The notes beneath the pieces are model-generated. The model did not search any database and was not told the origin of the DNA. It saw nothing but the letters and a program-made list of their open reading frames with translations. A DNA stretch of 64,000 nucleotides, from NCBI RefSeq assembly GCF_009914755.1, contig NC_060939.1, one strand, 5' to 3'. Shown here one piece after another: positions 14,601 to 29,400 of this stretch. The translations under genes were made by a program, and so were the position numbers. This stretch comes from the human T2T-CHM13v2.0 reference genome, Homo sapiens. How positions within the stretch are numbered: position 1 is the first letter of the stretch; each line of letters begins with the position of its first letter.

Positions 14601-17499
14601 TATTCCATTCCATACAGTTGCATTCCATTGGATTCCATGCTATATCTATAAATTCAATTCGAGACCATTGCTTTTGAGTCCATTCTATATGATTCCATTC
14701 CATTCAAGTCCATTACATTTGGTTAAATTCCATTCCATTCGGTTCAATTCCATTCCATTCCATTCCCTTCCATTCCATTCCAGTTGATATCAATCCATTC
14801 GATTCCATTCCATTCGAGCACATTCCATTCGAGTCCATTCCATTCGATGCCATTCCATTTGATTCTATTCCATTAGTCTCCATTCAATTCCATTAATCTC
14901 CATTCCATTCCATTCTACTCCAACTGATTCCATTCCATTCTATTCCTTTCCATTCCATTTCATTCCATTCCATTCCATTCCATTCCATTCCATTCGTGTC
15001 CATTCCACTCCAGTCCATTCCATTCGTATCCATTCCATTCCAGTCCATTCCATTTGTGTCCACTGCATTCCATTCCACTCCATTCCATATTATTCCATTA
15101 CACTCCATTCCATTCTATTACTTTCATTTCCATTCAATTCCATTCCATTTGATTCCATTCCACTCGGTTTCATTCCATTTGAGTCCACTCCATTCCATTC
15201 CATTCCATTCAGTTCCATTCCATTCTGTTCCATTCCATTCCGTTCCGTTACATTCCATTCCATTCGGTACCATTCCATATTGTTCCATTCGATTCCATTC
15301 GAATCCATTCCATTCCAGTCCATTCCATTCGATTCCATTCCATTCATTTCAATTCCATTCCATTCCATTCCATTACATTCCACTTGATTCCTCTCCATTC
15401 CCTTCCACTGCATTCCGTTCGATTCCATTCCATTGCATTGCATTCCATTCCATTGGATTGCATTCCATTCGATTCCATTCCATTCGAATCAATTACATAG
15501 CAATCCATTACATTCGAGTCTATTCTCTTCCGTTCCATTCGATTTCGTTCCAATCCATTCGATTCCATTCCATTCGATTCCATTCCATACTATTGCATTC
15601 CATTCGATTACATTATATTCGAATAAGTTCCATTCAAGACCATTTCTTTTGAGTCCATTCTATTTGAGTCCATTCCCTTTGATTCCATAACATTTGAGTC
15701 CATTCAATTCCATTCCTTTCGTTTCCATTCCATTTGATGCCATTCCATTCAATTCTGTTCTACTCGACTCCAATACATTCAATTCCATTCCATCCGATTC
15801 CATTACATTCTTTTCATTTCTTATCCATTTCAAGCCATTCCACTCCATTCCATTCCACTCGTTTCCTTTCCATTCGAGTCCATTCCTCTCCAGTCCATTC
15901 CGTTCAATCCATTCCATTCCAGTCCATTCCATTCGAGTCCGTTCCATTCCAGTCCATTCCATTCGAGTCAATTCCATCCCATTCGATGTCTTTCCATAAC
16001 GATCCATTCCATTCTATTCCTTTCGATTCCATTCCATTCTATTTCATTCCATTCGATTCCCTTCCATTGGACTCCTTTCCATTCGAGTGCATTCCATTCC
16101 GTTCCATTTCTTTCCGTTCTGTACGATTCCTACCGTTCGATTTCATTTTGTTCCAGTCCATTCCTTTCGCGTCCATTCCATTCCATTTCACTCCATTCGA
16201 TTCCATTCCACTCGATTCCACTTCGTTCCATTTCATTGCATTCCATTCTATTCAACTCTATTGCCTTCCATTCCATTCCATTCGATTACATTCCATGCGA
16301 TTCCATTCGAAATCGAATCAATTACATTGCAAACCATTACTATTGAGTCCGTTTTATTCCAGTCCACTGCATTCTGGTCCATTCCATTTGATTCCATTCC
16401 ATTCTATTCCATTCCATACAGTTGCATTCCATTGGATTCCATGCTATATCTATAAATTCAATTCGAGACCATTGCTTTTGAGTCCATTCTATATGATTCC
16501 ATTCCATTCAAGTCCATTACATTTGGTTCAATTCCATTCCATTCCATTCCCTTTCATTCCATTCCATTTGATATCAATCCATTCGATTCCATTCCATTCG
16601 AGCACATTCCATTTGATTCTATTCCATTAGTCTCCATTCATTTCCATTAATCTCCATTCCATTCCATTCTACTCCAACTGATTCCATTCCATTCTATTCC
16701 TTTCCATTCCATTTCATTCCATTCCATTCCATTTCATTCCATTCCATTCCATTCGTGTCCATTCCACTCCAGTCCATTCCATTCGTGTCCATTCCATTCC
16801 AGTCCATTCCATTTGTGTCCACTGCATTCCATTCCACTCCATTCCATATTATTCCATTACACTCCATTCCATTCTATTACTTTCATTTCCATTCAATTCC
16901 ATTCCATTTGATTCCATTCCACTCGGTTTCATTCCATTTGAGTCCACTCCATTCCATTCCATTCCATTCCATTCAGTTCCATTCCATTCTGTTCCATTCC
17001 ATTCCGTTCCATTACATTCCATTCCATTCGGTACCATTCCATATTGTTCCATTCGATTCCATTCGAATCCATTCCATTCCAGTCCATTCCATTCAATTCC
17101 ATTCCATTCATTTCAATTCCATTCCATTCCATTCCATTACATTCCACTTGATTCCTGTCCGTTCCCTTCCACTGCATTCCATTCGATTCCATTCCATTGC
17201 ATTGCATTCCATTCCATTGGATTGCATTCCATTCGATTCCATTCCATTCGAATCAATTACATAGCAATCCATTACATTCGAGTCTATTCTATTCCGTTCC
17301 ATTCGATTTCGTTCCAATCCATTCGATTCCATTCCATTCGATTCCATTCCATACTATTGCATTCCATTCGATTACATTATATTCGAATAAGTTCCATTCA
17401 AGACCATTTCTTTTGAGTCCATTCTATTTGAGTCCATTCCCTTTGATTCCATAACATTTGAGTCCATTCAATTCCATTCCTTTCGTTTCCATTCCATTT

Positions 17500-20400
17500 G
17501 ATGCCATTCCATTTAATTCTGTTCTACTCGACTCCAATACATTCAATTCCATTCCATCCGATTCCATTACATTCTTTTCATTTCTTATCCATTTCAAGCC
17601 ATTCCACTCCATTCCATTCCACTCGTTTCCTTTCCATTCGAGTCCATTCCTCTCCAGTCCATTCCGTTCAATCCATTCCATTCCAGTCCATTTCATTCGA
17701 GTCCGTTCCATTCCAGTCCATTCCATTCGAGTCAATTCCATCCCATTCGATGTCTTTCCATAACGATCCATTCCATTCTATTCCTTTCGATTCCATTCCA
17801 TTCTATTTCATTCCATTCGATTTCCTTCCATTGGACTCCTTTCCATTCGAGTGCATTCCATTCCGTTCCATTTCTTTCCGTTCTGTACGATTCCTACCGT
17901 TCGATTTCATTTTGTTCCAGTCCATTCCTTTCGCGTCCATTCCATTCCGTTTCACTCCATTCGATTCCATTCCACTCGATTCCACTTCGTTCCATTTCAT
18001 TGCATTCCATTCTATTCAACTCTATTGCCTTCCATTCCATTCCATTCGATTACATTCCATGCGATTCCATTCGAAATCGAATCAATTACATTGCAATCCA
18101 TTACTATTGAGTCCATTTTATTCCAGTCCACTGCATTCTGGTCCATTCCATTTGATTCCATTCCATTCTATTCCATTCCATACAGTTGCATTCCATTGGA
18201 TTCCATGCTATATCTATAAATTCAATTCGAGACCATTGCTTTTGAGTCCATTCTATATGATTCCATTCCATTCAAGTCCATTACATTTGGTTCAATTCCA
18301 TTCCATTCCACTCCCTTCCATTCCATTCCATTTGATATCAATCCATTCGATTCCATTCCATTCGAGCACATTCCATTCGAGTCCATTCCATTCGATGGCA
18401 TTCCATTTGATTCTATACCATTAGTCTCCATTCAATTCCATTAACCTCCATTCCATTCCATTCTACTCCAACTGATTCCATTCCATTCTATTCCTTTCCA
18501 TTCCATTTCATTCCATTCCATTCCATTTCATTCCATTCCATTCCATTCGTGTCCATTCCACTCCAGTCCATTCCATTCGTTTCCATTCCATTCCAGTCCA
18601 TTCCATTTGTGTCCACTGCATTCCATTCCACTCCATTCCATATTATTCCATTACACTCCATTCCATTCTATTACTTTCATTTCCCTTCAATTCCATTCCA
18701 TTTGATTCCATTCCACTCGGTTTCATTCCATTTGAGTCCACTCCATTCCATTCCATTCCATTCCATTCAGTTCCATTCCATTCTGTTCCATTCCATTCCG
18801 TTCCATTACATTCCATTCCATTCGGTACCATTCCATATTGTTCCATTCGATTCCATTCGAATCCATTCCATTCCAGTCCATTCCATTCAATTCCATTCCA
18901 TTCATTTCAATTCCATTCCATTCCATTCCTTTACATTCCACTTGATTCCTCTCCATTCCCTTCCACTGCATTCCGTTCGATTCCATTCCATTGCATTGCA
19001 TTCCATTCCATTGGATTGCATTCCATTCGATTCCATTCCATTCGAATCAATTACATAGCAATCCATTACATTCGAGTCTATTCTATTCCGTTCCATTCGA
19101 TTTCGTTCCAATCCATTCGATTCCATTCCATTCGATTCCATTCCATACTATTACATTCCATTCGATTACATTATATTCGAATAAGTTCCATTCAAGACCA
19201 TTGCTTTTGAGTCCATTCTATTTGAGTCCATTCCCTTTGATTCCATAACATTTGAGTCCATTCAATTCCATTCCTTTCGTTTCCATTCCATTTGATGCCA
19301 TTCCATTCAATTCTGTTCTACTCGACTCCAATACATTCAATTCCATTCCATCCGATTCCATTACATTCTTTTCATTTCTTATCCATTTCAAGCCATTCCA
19401 CTCCATTCCATTCCACTCGTTTCCTTTCCATTCGAGTCCATTCCTCTCCAGTCCATTCCGTTCAATCCATTCCATTCCAGTCCATTCCATTCGAGTCCGT
19501 TCCATTCCAGTCCATTCCATTCGAGTCAATTCCATCCCATTCGATGTCTTTCCATAACGATCCATTCCATTCTATTCCTTTCTATTCCATTCCATTCTAT
19601 TTCATTCCATTCGATTCCCTTCCATTGGACTCCTTTCCATTCGAGTGCATTCCATTCCGTTCCATTTCTTTCCGTTCTGTACGATTCCTACCGTTCGATT
19701 TCATTTTGTTCCAGTCCATTCCTTTCGCGTCCATTCCATTCCATTTCACTCCATTCGATTCCATTCCACTCGATTCCACTTCGTTCCATTTCATTGCATT
19801 CCATTCTATTCAACTCTATTGCCTTCTATTCCATTCCATTCGATTACATTCCATGCGATTCCATTCGAAATCGAATCAATTACATTGCAATCCATTACTA
19901 TTGAGTCCATTTTATTCCAGTCCACTGCATTCTGGTCCATTCCATTTGATTCCATTCCATTCTATTCCATTCCATACAGTTGCATTCCATTGGATTCCAT
20001 TCTATATCTATAAATTCAATTCGAGACCATTGCTTTTGAGTCCATTCTATATGATTCCATTCCATTCAAGTCCATTACATTTGGTTCAATTCCATTCCAT
20101 TCCATTCCCTTCCATTCCATTCCAGTTGATATCAATCCATTCGATTCCATTCCATTCGAGCACATTCCATTCGAGTCCATTCCATTCGATGCCATTCCAT
20201 TTGATTCTATTCCATTAGTCTCCATTCAATTCCATTAATCTCCATTCCATTCCATTCTACTCCAACTGATTCCATTCCATTCTATTCCTTTCCATTCCAT
20301 TTCATTCCATTCCATTCCATTTCATTCCATTCCATTCCATTCGTGTCCATTCCACTCCAGTCCATTCCATTCGTGTCCATTCCATTCCAGTCCATTCCAT

Positions 20401-23400
20401 TTGTGTCCACTGCATTCCATTCCACTCCATTCCATATTATTCCATTACACTCCATTCCATTCTATTACTTTCATTTCCATTCAATTCCATTCCATTTGAT
20501 TCCATTCCACTCGGTTTCATTCCATTTGAGTCCACTCCATTCCATTCCATTCCATTCAGTTCCATTCCATTCTGTTCCATTCCATTCCGTTCCATTACAT
20601 TCCATTCCATTCGGTACCATTCCATATTGTTCCATTCGATTCCATTCGAATCCATTCCATTCCAGTCCATTCCATTCGATTCCATTCCATTCATTTCAAT
20701 TCCATTCCATTCCATTCCATTACATTCCACTTGATTCCTCTCCATTCCCTTCCAGTGCATTCCGTTCGATTCCATTCCATTGCATTGCATTCCATTCCAT
20801 TGGATTGCATTCCATTCGATTCCATTCCATTCGAATCAATTACATAGCAATCCATTACATTCGAGTCTATTCTCTTCCGTTCCATTCGATTTCGTTCCAA
20901 TCCATTCGATTCCATTCCATTCGATTCCATTCCATACTATTGCATTCCATTCGATTACATTATATTCGAATAAGTTCCATTCAAGACCATTTCTTTTGAG
21001 TCCATTCTATTTGAGTCCATTCCCTTTGATTCCATAACATTTGAGTCCATTCAATTCCATTCCTTTCGTTTCCATTCCATTTGATGCCATTCCATTCAAT
21101 TCTGTTCTACTCGACTCCAATACATTCAATTCCATTCCATCCGATTCCATTACATTCTTTTCATTTCTTATCCATTTCAAGCCATTCCACTCCATTCCAT
21201 TCCACTCGTTTCCTTTCCATTCGAGTCCATTCCTCTCCAGTCCATTCCGTTCAATCCATTCCATTCCAGTCCATTCCATTCGAGTCCGTTCCATTCCAGT
21301 CCATTCCATTCGAGTCAATTCCATCCCATTCGATGTCTTTCCATAACGATCCATTCCATTCTATTCCTTTCGATTCCATTCCATTCTATTTCATTCCATT
21401 CGATTCCCTTCCATTGGACTCCTTTCCATTCGAGTGCATTCCATTCCGTTCCATTTCTTTCCGTTCTGTACGATTCCTACCGTTCGATTTCATTTTGTTC
21501 CAGTCCATTCTTTCGCGTCCATTCCATTCCATTTCACTCCATTCGATTCCATTCCACTCGATTCCACTTCGTTCCATTTCATTGCATTCCATTCTATTCA
21601 ACTCTATTGCCTTCCATTCCATTCCATTCGATTACATTCCATGCGATTCCATTCGAAATCGAATCAATTACATTGCAATCCATTACTATTGAGTCCGTTT
21701 TATTCCAGTCCACTGCATTCTGGTCCATTCCATTTGATTCCATTCCATTCTATTCCATTCCATACAGTTGCATTCCATTGGATTCCATGCTATATCTATA
21801 AATTCAATTCGAGACCATTGCTTTTGAGTCCATTCTATATGATTCCATTCCATTCAAGTCCATTACATTTGGTTAAATTCCATTCCATTCGGTTCAATTC
21901 CATTCCATTCCATTCCCTTCCATTCCATTCCAGTTGATATCAATCCATTCGATTCCATTCCATTCGAGCACATTCCATTCGAGTCCATTCCATTCGATGC
22001 CATTCCATTTGATTCCATTCCATTAGTCTCCATTCAATTCCATTAATCTCCATTCCATTCCATTCTACTCCAACTGATTCCATTCCATTCTATTCCTTTC
22101 CATTCCATTTCATTCTATTCCATTCCATTCCATTCCATTCCATTCCATTCGTGTCCATTCCACTCCAGTCCATTCCATTCGTATCCATTCCATTCCAGTC
22201 CATTCCATTTGTGTCCACTGCATTCCATTCCACTCCATTCCATATTATTCCATTACACTCCATTCCATTCTATTACTTTCATTTCCATTCAATTCCATTC
22301 CATTTGATTCCATTCCACTCGGTTTCATTCCATTTGAGTCCACTCCATTCCATTCCATTCCATTCAGTTCCATTCCATTCTGTTCCATTCCATTCCGTTC
22401 CATTACATTCCATTCCATTCGGTACCATTCCATATTGTTCCATTCGATTCCATTCGAATCCATTCCATTCCAGTCCATTCCATTCGATTCCATTCCATTC
22501 ATTTCAATTCCATTCCATTCCATTCCATTACATTCCACTTGATTCCTCTCCATTCCCTTCCACTGCATTCCGTTCGATTCCATTCCATTGCATTGCATTC
22601 CATTCTATTGGATTGCATTCCATTCGATTCCATTCCATTCGAATCAATTACATAGCAATCCATTACATTCGAGTCTATTCTCTTCCGTTCCATTCGATTT
22701 CGTTCCAATCCATTCGATTCCATTCCATTCGGTTCCATTCCATACTATTGCATTCCATTCGATTACATTATATTCGAATAAGTTCCATTCAAGACCATTT
22801 CTTTTGAGTCCATTCTATTTGAGTCCATTCCCTTTGATTCCATAACATTTGAGTCCATTCAATTCCATTCCTTTCGTTTCCATTCCATTTGATGCCATTC
22901 CATTCAATTCTGTTCTACTCGACTCCAATACATTCAATTCCATTCCATCCGATTCCATTACATTCTTTTCATTTCTTATCCATTTCAAGCCATTCCACTC
23001 CATTCCATTCCACTCGTTTCCTTTCCATTCGAGTCCATTCCTCTCCAGTCCATTCCGTTCAATCCATTCCATTCCAGTCCATTCCATTCGAGTCCGTTCC
23101 ATTCCAGTCCATTCCATTCGAGTCAATTCCATTCCATTCGATGTCTTTCCATAACGATCCATTCCATTCTATTCCTTTCGATTCCATTCCATTCTATTTC
23201 ATTCCATTCGATTCCCTTCCATTGGACTCCTTTCCATTCGAGTGCATTCCATTCCGTTCCATTTCTTTCCGTTCTGTACGATTCCTACCGTTCGATTTCA
23301 TTTTGTTTCAGTCCATTCTTTCGCGTCCATTCCATTCCATTTCACTCCATTCGATTCCATTCCACTCGATTCCACTTCGTTCCATTTCATTGCATTCCAT

Positions 23401-26400
23401 TCCATTCAACTCTATTGCCTTCCATTCCATTCCATTCCATTACATTCCATGCGATTCCATTCGAAATCGAATCAATTACATTGCAATCCATTACTATTGA
23501 GTCCGTTTTATTCCAGTCCACTGCATTCTGGTCCATTCCATTTGATTCCATTCCATTCTATTCCATTCCATACAGTTGCATTCCATTGGATTCCATGCTA
23601 TATCTATAAATTCAATTCGAGACCATTGCTTTTGAGTCCATTCTATATGATTCCATTCCATTCAAGTCCATTACATTTGGTTAAATTCCATTCCATTCGG
23701 TTCAATTCCATTCCATTCCATTCCCTTCCATTCCATTCCAGTTGATATCAATCCATTCGATTCCATTCCATTCGAGCACATTCCATTCGAGTCCATTCCA
23801 TTCGATGCCATTCCATTTGATTCTATTCCATTAGTCTCCATTCAATTCCATTAATCTCCATTCCATTCCATTCTACTCCAACTGATTCCATTCCATTCTA
23901 TTCCATTCCATTCCATTTCATTCCATTCAATTCCATTCCATTCCATTCCATTCCATTCCATTCCATTCCATTCCATTCGTGTCCATTCCACTCCAGTCCA
24001 TTCCAATCGTATCCATTCCATTCCAGTCCATTCCATTTGTGTCCACTGCATTCCATTCCACTCCATTCCATATTATTCCATTACACTCCATTCCATTCTA
24101 TTACTTTCATTTCCATTCAATTCCATTCCATTTGATTCCATTCAACTCGGTTTCATTCCATTTGAGTCCACTCCATTCCATTCCATTCCATTCAGTTCCA
24201 TTCCATTCTGTTCCATTCCATTCCGTTCCATTACATTCCATTCCATTCGGTACCATTCCATATTGTTCCATTCGATTCCATTCGAATCCATTCCATTCCA
24301 GTCCATTCCATTCGATTCCATTCCATTCATTTCAATTCCATTCCATTCCATTCCATTACATTCCACTTGATTCCTCTCCATTCCCTTCCAGTGCATTCCG
24401 TTCGATTCCATTCCATTGCATTGCATTCCATTCCATTGGATTGCATTCCATTCGATTCCATTCCATTCGAATCAATTACATAGCAATCCATTACATTCGA
24501 GTCTATTCTCTTCCGTTCCATTCGATTTCGTTCCAATCCATTCGATTCCATTCCATTCGATTCCATTCCATACTATTGCATTCCATTCGATTACATTATA
24601 TTCGAATAAGTTCCATTCAAGACCATTTCTTTTGAGTCCATTCTATTTGAGTCCATTCCCTTTGATTCCATAACATTTGAGTCCATTCAATTCCATTCCT
24701 TTCGTTTCCATTCCATTTGATGCCATTCCATTCAATTCTGTTCTACTCGACTCCAATACATTCAATTCCATTCCATCCAATTCCATTACATTCTTTTCAT
24801 TTCTTATCCATTTCAAGCCATTCCACTCCATTCCATTCCACTCGTTTCCTTTCCATTCGAGTCCATTCCTCTCCAGTCCATTCCGTTCAATCCATTCCAT
24901 TCCAGTCCATTCCATTCGAGTCCGTTCCATTCCAGTCCATTCCATTCGAGTCAATTCCATTCCATTCGATGTCTTTCCATAACGATCCATTCCATTCTAT
25001 TCCTTTCGATTCCATTCCATTCTATTTCATTCCATTCGATTCCCTTCCATTGGACTCCTTTCCATTCGAGTGCATTCCATTCCGTTCCATTTCTTTCCGT
25101 TCTGTACGATTCCTACCGTTCGATTTCATTTTGTTCCAGTCCATTCCTTTCGCGTCCATTCCATTCCATTTCACTCCATTCGATTCCATTCCCCTCGATT
25201 CCACTTCGTTCCATTTCATTGCATTCCATTCTATTCAACTCTATTGCCTTCCATTCCATTCCATTCGATTACATTCCTTGCGATTCCATTCGAAATCGAA
25301 TCAATTACATTGCAAACCATTACTATTGAGTCCGTTTTATTCCAGTCCACTGCATTCTGGTCCATTCCATTTGATTCCATTCCATTCTATTCCATTCCAT
25401 ACAGTTGCATTCCATTGGATTCCATGCTATATCTATAAATTCAATTCGAGACCATTGCTTTTGAGTCCATTCTATATGATTCCATTCCATTCAAGTCCAT
25501 TACATTTGGTTCAATTCCATTCCATTCCATTCCCTTCCATTCCATTCCATTTGATATCAATCCATTCGATTCCATTCCATTCGAGCACATTCCATTCGAG
25601 TCCATTCCATTCGATGCCATTCCATTTGATTCTATTCCATTAGTCTCCATTCAATTCCATTAATCTCCATTCCATTCCATTCTACTCCAACTGATTCCAT
25701 TCCATTCTATTCCTTTCCATTCCATTTCATTCCATTCCATTCCATTCCATTCGTGTCCATTCCACTCCAGTCCATTCCATTCGTATCCATTCCATTCCAG
25801 TCCATTCCATTTGTGTCCACTGCATTCCATTCCACTCCATTCCATATTATTCCATTACACTCCATTCCATTCTATTACTTTCATTTCCATTCAATTCCAT
25901 TCCATTTGATTCCATTCCACTCGGTTTCATTCCATTTGAGTCCACTCCATTCCATTCCATTCCATTCAGTTCCATTCCATTCTGTTCCATTCCATTCCGT
26001 TCCATTACATTCCATTCCATTCGGTACCATTCCATATTGTTCCATTCGATTCCATTCGAATCCATTCCATTCCAGTCCATTCCATTCGATTCCATTCCAT
26101 TCATTTCAATTCCATTCCATTCCATTCCATTCCATTCCACTTGATTCCTCTCCATTCCCTTCCACTGCATTCCGTTCGATTCCATTCCATTGCATTGCAT
26201 TCCATTCCATTGGATTGCATTCCATTCGATTCCATTCCATTCGAATCAATTACGTAGCAATCCATTACATTCGAGTGTATTCTCTTCCGTTCCATTCGAT
26301 TTCGTTCCAATCCATTCGAATCCATTTCATTCGATTCCATTCCATACTATTGCATTCCATTCGATTACATTATATTCGAATAAGTTCCATTCAAGACCAT

Positions 26401-29400
26401 TTCTTTTGAGTCCATTCTATTTGAGTCCATTCCCTTTGATTCCATAACATTTGAGTCCATTCAATTCCATTCCTTTCGTTTCCATTCCATTTGATGCCAT
26501 TCCATTCAATTCTGTTCTACTCGACTCCAATACATTCAATTCCATTCCATCCGATTCCATTACATTCTTTTCATTTCTTATCCATTTCAAGCCATTCCAC
26601 TCCATTCCATTCCACTCGTTTCCTTTCCATTCGAGTCCATTCCTCTCCAGTCCATTCTGTTCAATCCATTCCATTCCAGTCCATTCCATTCGAGTCCGTT
26701 CCATTCCAGTCCATTCCATTCGAGTCAATTCCATCCCATTCGATGTCTTTCCATAACGATCCATTCCATTCTATTCCTTTCGATTCCATTCCATTCTATT
26801 TCATTCCATTCGATTCCCTTCCATTGGACTCCTTTCCATTCGAGTGCATTCCATTCCGTTCCATTTCTTTCCGTTCTGTACGATTCCTACCGTTCGATTT
26901 CATTTTCTTCCAGTCCATTCTTTCGCGTCCATTCCATTCCATTTCACTCCATTCGATTCCATTCCACTCGATTCCACTTCGTTCCATTTCATTGCATTCC
27001 ATTCTATTCAACTCTATTGCCTTCCATTCCATTCCATTCGATTACATTCCATGCGATTCCATTCGAAATCGAATCAATTACATTGCAATCCATTACTATT
27101 GAGTCCGTTTTATTCCAGTCCACTGCATTCTGGTCCATTCCATTTGATTCCATTCCATTCTATTCCATTCCATACAGTTGCATTCCATTGGATTCCATGC
27201 TATATCTATAAATTCAATTCGAGACCATTGCTTTTGAGTCCATTCTATATGATTCCATTCCATTCAAGTCCATTACATTTGGTTAAATTCCATTCCATTC
27301 GGTTCCATTCCATTCCATTCCATTCCCTTCCATTCCATTCCAGTTGATATCAATCCATTCGATTCCATTCCATTCGAGCACATTCCATTCGAGTCCATTC
27401 CATTCGATGCCATTCCATTTGATTCTATTCCATTAGTCTCCATTCAATTCCATTAATCTCCATTCCATTCCATTCTACTCCAACTGATTCCATTCCATTC
27501 TATTCCTTTCCATTCCATTTCATTCCATTCCGTTCCATTCCATTTCGTTCCATTCCATTCGTGTCCATTCCACTCCAGTCCATTCCATTCGTATCCATTC
27601 CATTCCAGTCCATTCCATTTGTGTCCACTGCATTCCATTCCACTCCATTCCATATTATTCCATTACACTCCATTCCATTCTATTACTTTCATTTCCATTC
27701 AATTCCATTCCATTTGATTCCATTCCACTCGGTTTCATTCCATTTGAGTCCACTCCATTCCATTCCATTCCATTCAGTTCCATTCCATTCTGTTCCATTC
27801 CATTCCGTTCCATTACATTCCATTCCATTCGGTACCATTCCATATTGTTCCATTCGATTCCATTCGAATCCATTCCATTCCAGTCCATTCCATTCGATTC
27901 CATTCCATTCATTTCAATTCCATTCCATTCCATTCCATTACATTCCACTTGATTCCTCTCCATTCCCTTCCACTGCATTCCGTTCGATTCCATTCCATTG
28001 CATTGCATTCCATTCCATTGGATTGCATTCCATTCGATTCCATTCCATTCGAATCAATTACATAGCAATCCATTACATTCGAGTCTATTCTCTTCCGTTC
28101 CATTCGATTTCGTTCCAATCCATTCGATTCCATTCCATTCGATTCCATTCCATACTATTGCATTCCATTCGATTACATTATATTCGAATAAGTTCCATTC
28201 AAGACCATTTCTTTTGAGTCCATTTTATTTGAGTCCATTCCCTTTGATTCCATAACATTTGAGTCCATTCAATTCCATTCCTTTCGTTTCCATTCCATTT
28301 GATGCCATTCCATTCAATTCTGTTCTACTCGACTCCAATACATTCAATTCCATTCCATCCGATTCCATTACATTCTTTTCATTTCTTATCCATTTCAAGC
28401 CATTCCACTCCATTCCATTCCACTCGTTTCCTTTCCATTCGAGTCCATTCCTCTCCAGTCCATTCCATTCAATCCATTCCATTCCAGTCCATTCCATTCG
28501 AGTCCGTTCCATTCCAGTCCATTCCATTCGAGTCAATTCCATCCCATTCGATGTCTTTCCATAACGATCCATTCCATTCTATTCCTTTCGATTCCATTCC
28601 ATTCTATTTCATTTCATTCGATTCCCTTCCATTGGACTCCTTTCCATTCGAGTGCATTCCATTCCGTTCCATTTCTTTCCGTTCTGTACGATTCCTACCG
28701 TTCGATTTCATTTTGTTCCAGTCCATTCTTTCGCGTCCATTCCATTCCATTTCACTCCATTCGATTCCATTCCACTCGATTCCACTTCGTTCCATTTCAT
28801 TGCATTCCATTCTATTCAACTCTATTGCCTTCCATTCCATTCCATTCGATTACATTCCATGCGATTCCATTCGAAATCGAATCAATTACATTGCAATCCA
28901 TTACTATTGAGTCCGTTTTATTCCAGTCCACTGCATTCTGGTCCATTCCATTTGATTCCATTCCATTCTATTCCATTCCATACAGATGCATTCCATTGGA
29001 TTCCATGCTATATCTATAAATTCAATTCGAGACCATTGTTTTTGAGTCCATTCTATATGATTCCATTCCATTCAAGTCCATTACATTTGGTTAAATTCCA
29101 TTCCATTCGGTTCAATTCCATTCCATTCCATTCCCTTCCATTCCATTCCAGTTGATATCAATCCATTCGATTCCATTCCATTCGAGCACATTCCATTCGA
29201 GTCCATTCCATTCGATGCCATTCCATTTGATTCTATTCCATTAGTCTCCATTCAATTCCATTAATCTCCATTCCATTCCATTCTACTCCAACTGATTCCA
29301 TTCCATTCTATTCCTTTTTATTCCATTTCATTCCATTCCATTCCATTCCATTCGTGTCCATTCCAGTCCAGTCCATTCCATTCGTATCCATTCCATTCCA

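Noticed and set aside
17498-18424. Longest ORFs (308 aa) in short-type units
   Set aside because: Their length is the incidental result of the +1 C and the 20 bp absence joining frames. There is no sign of coding constraint.
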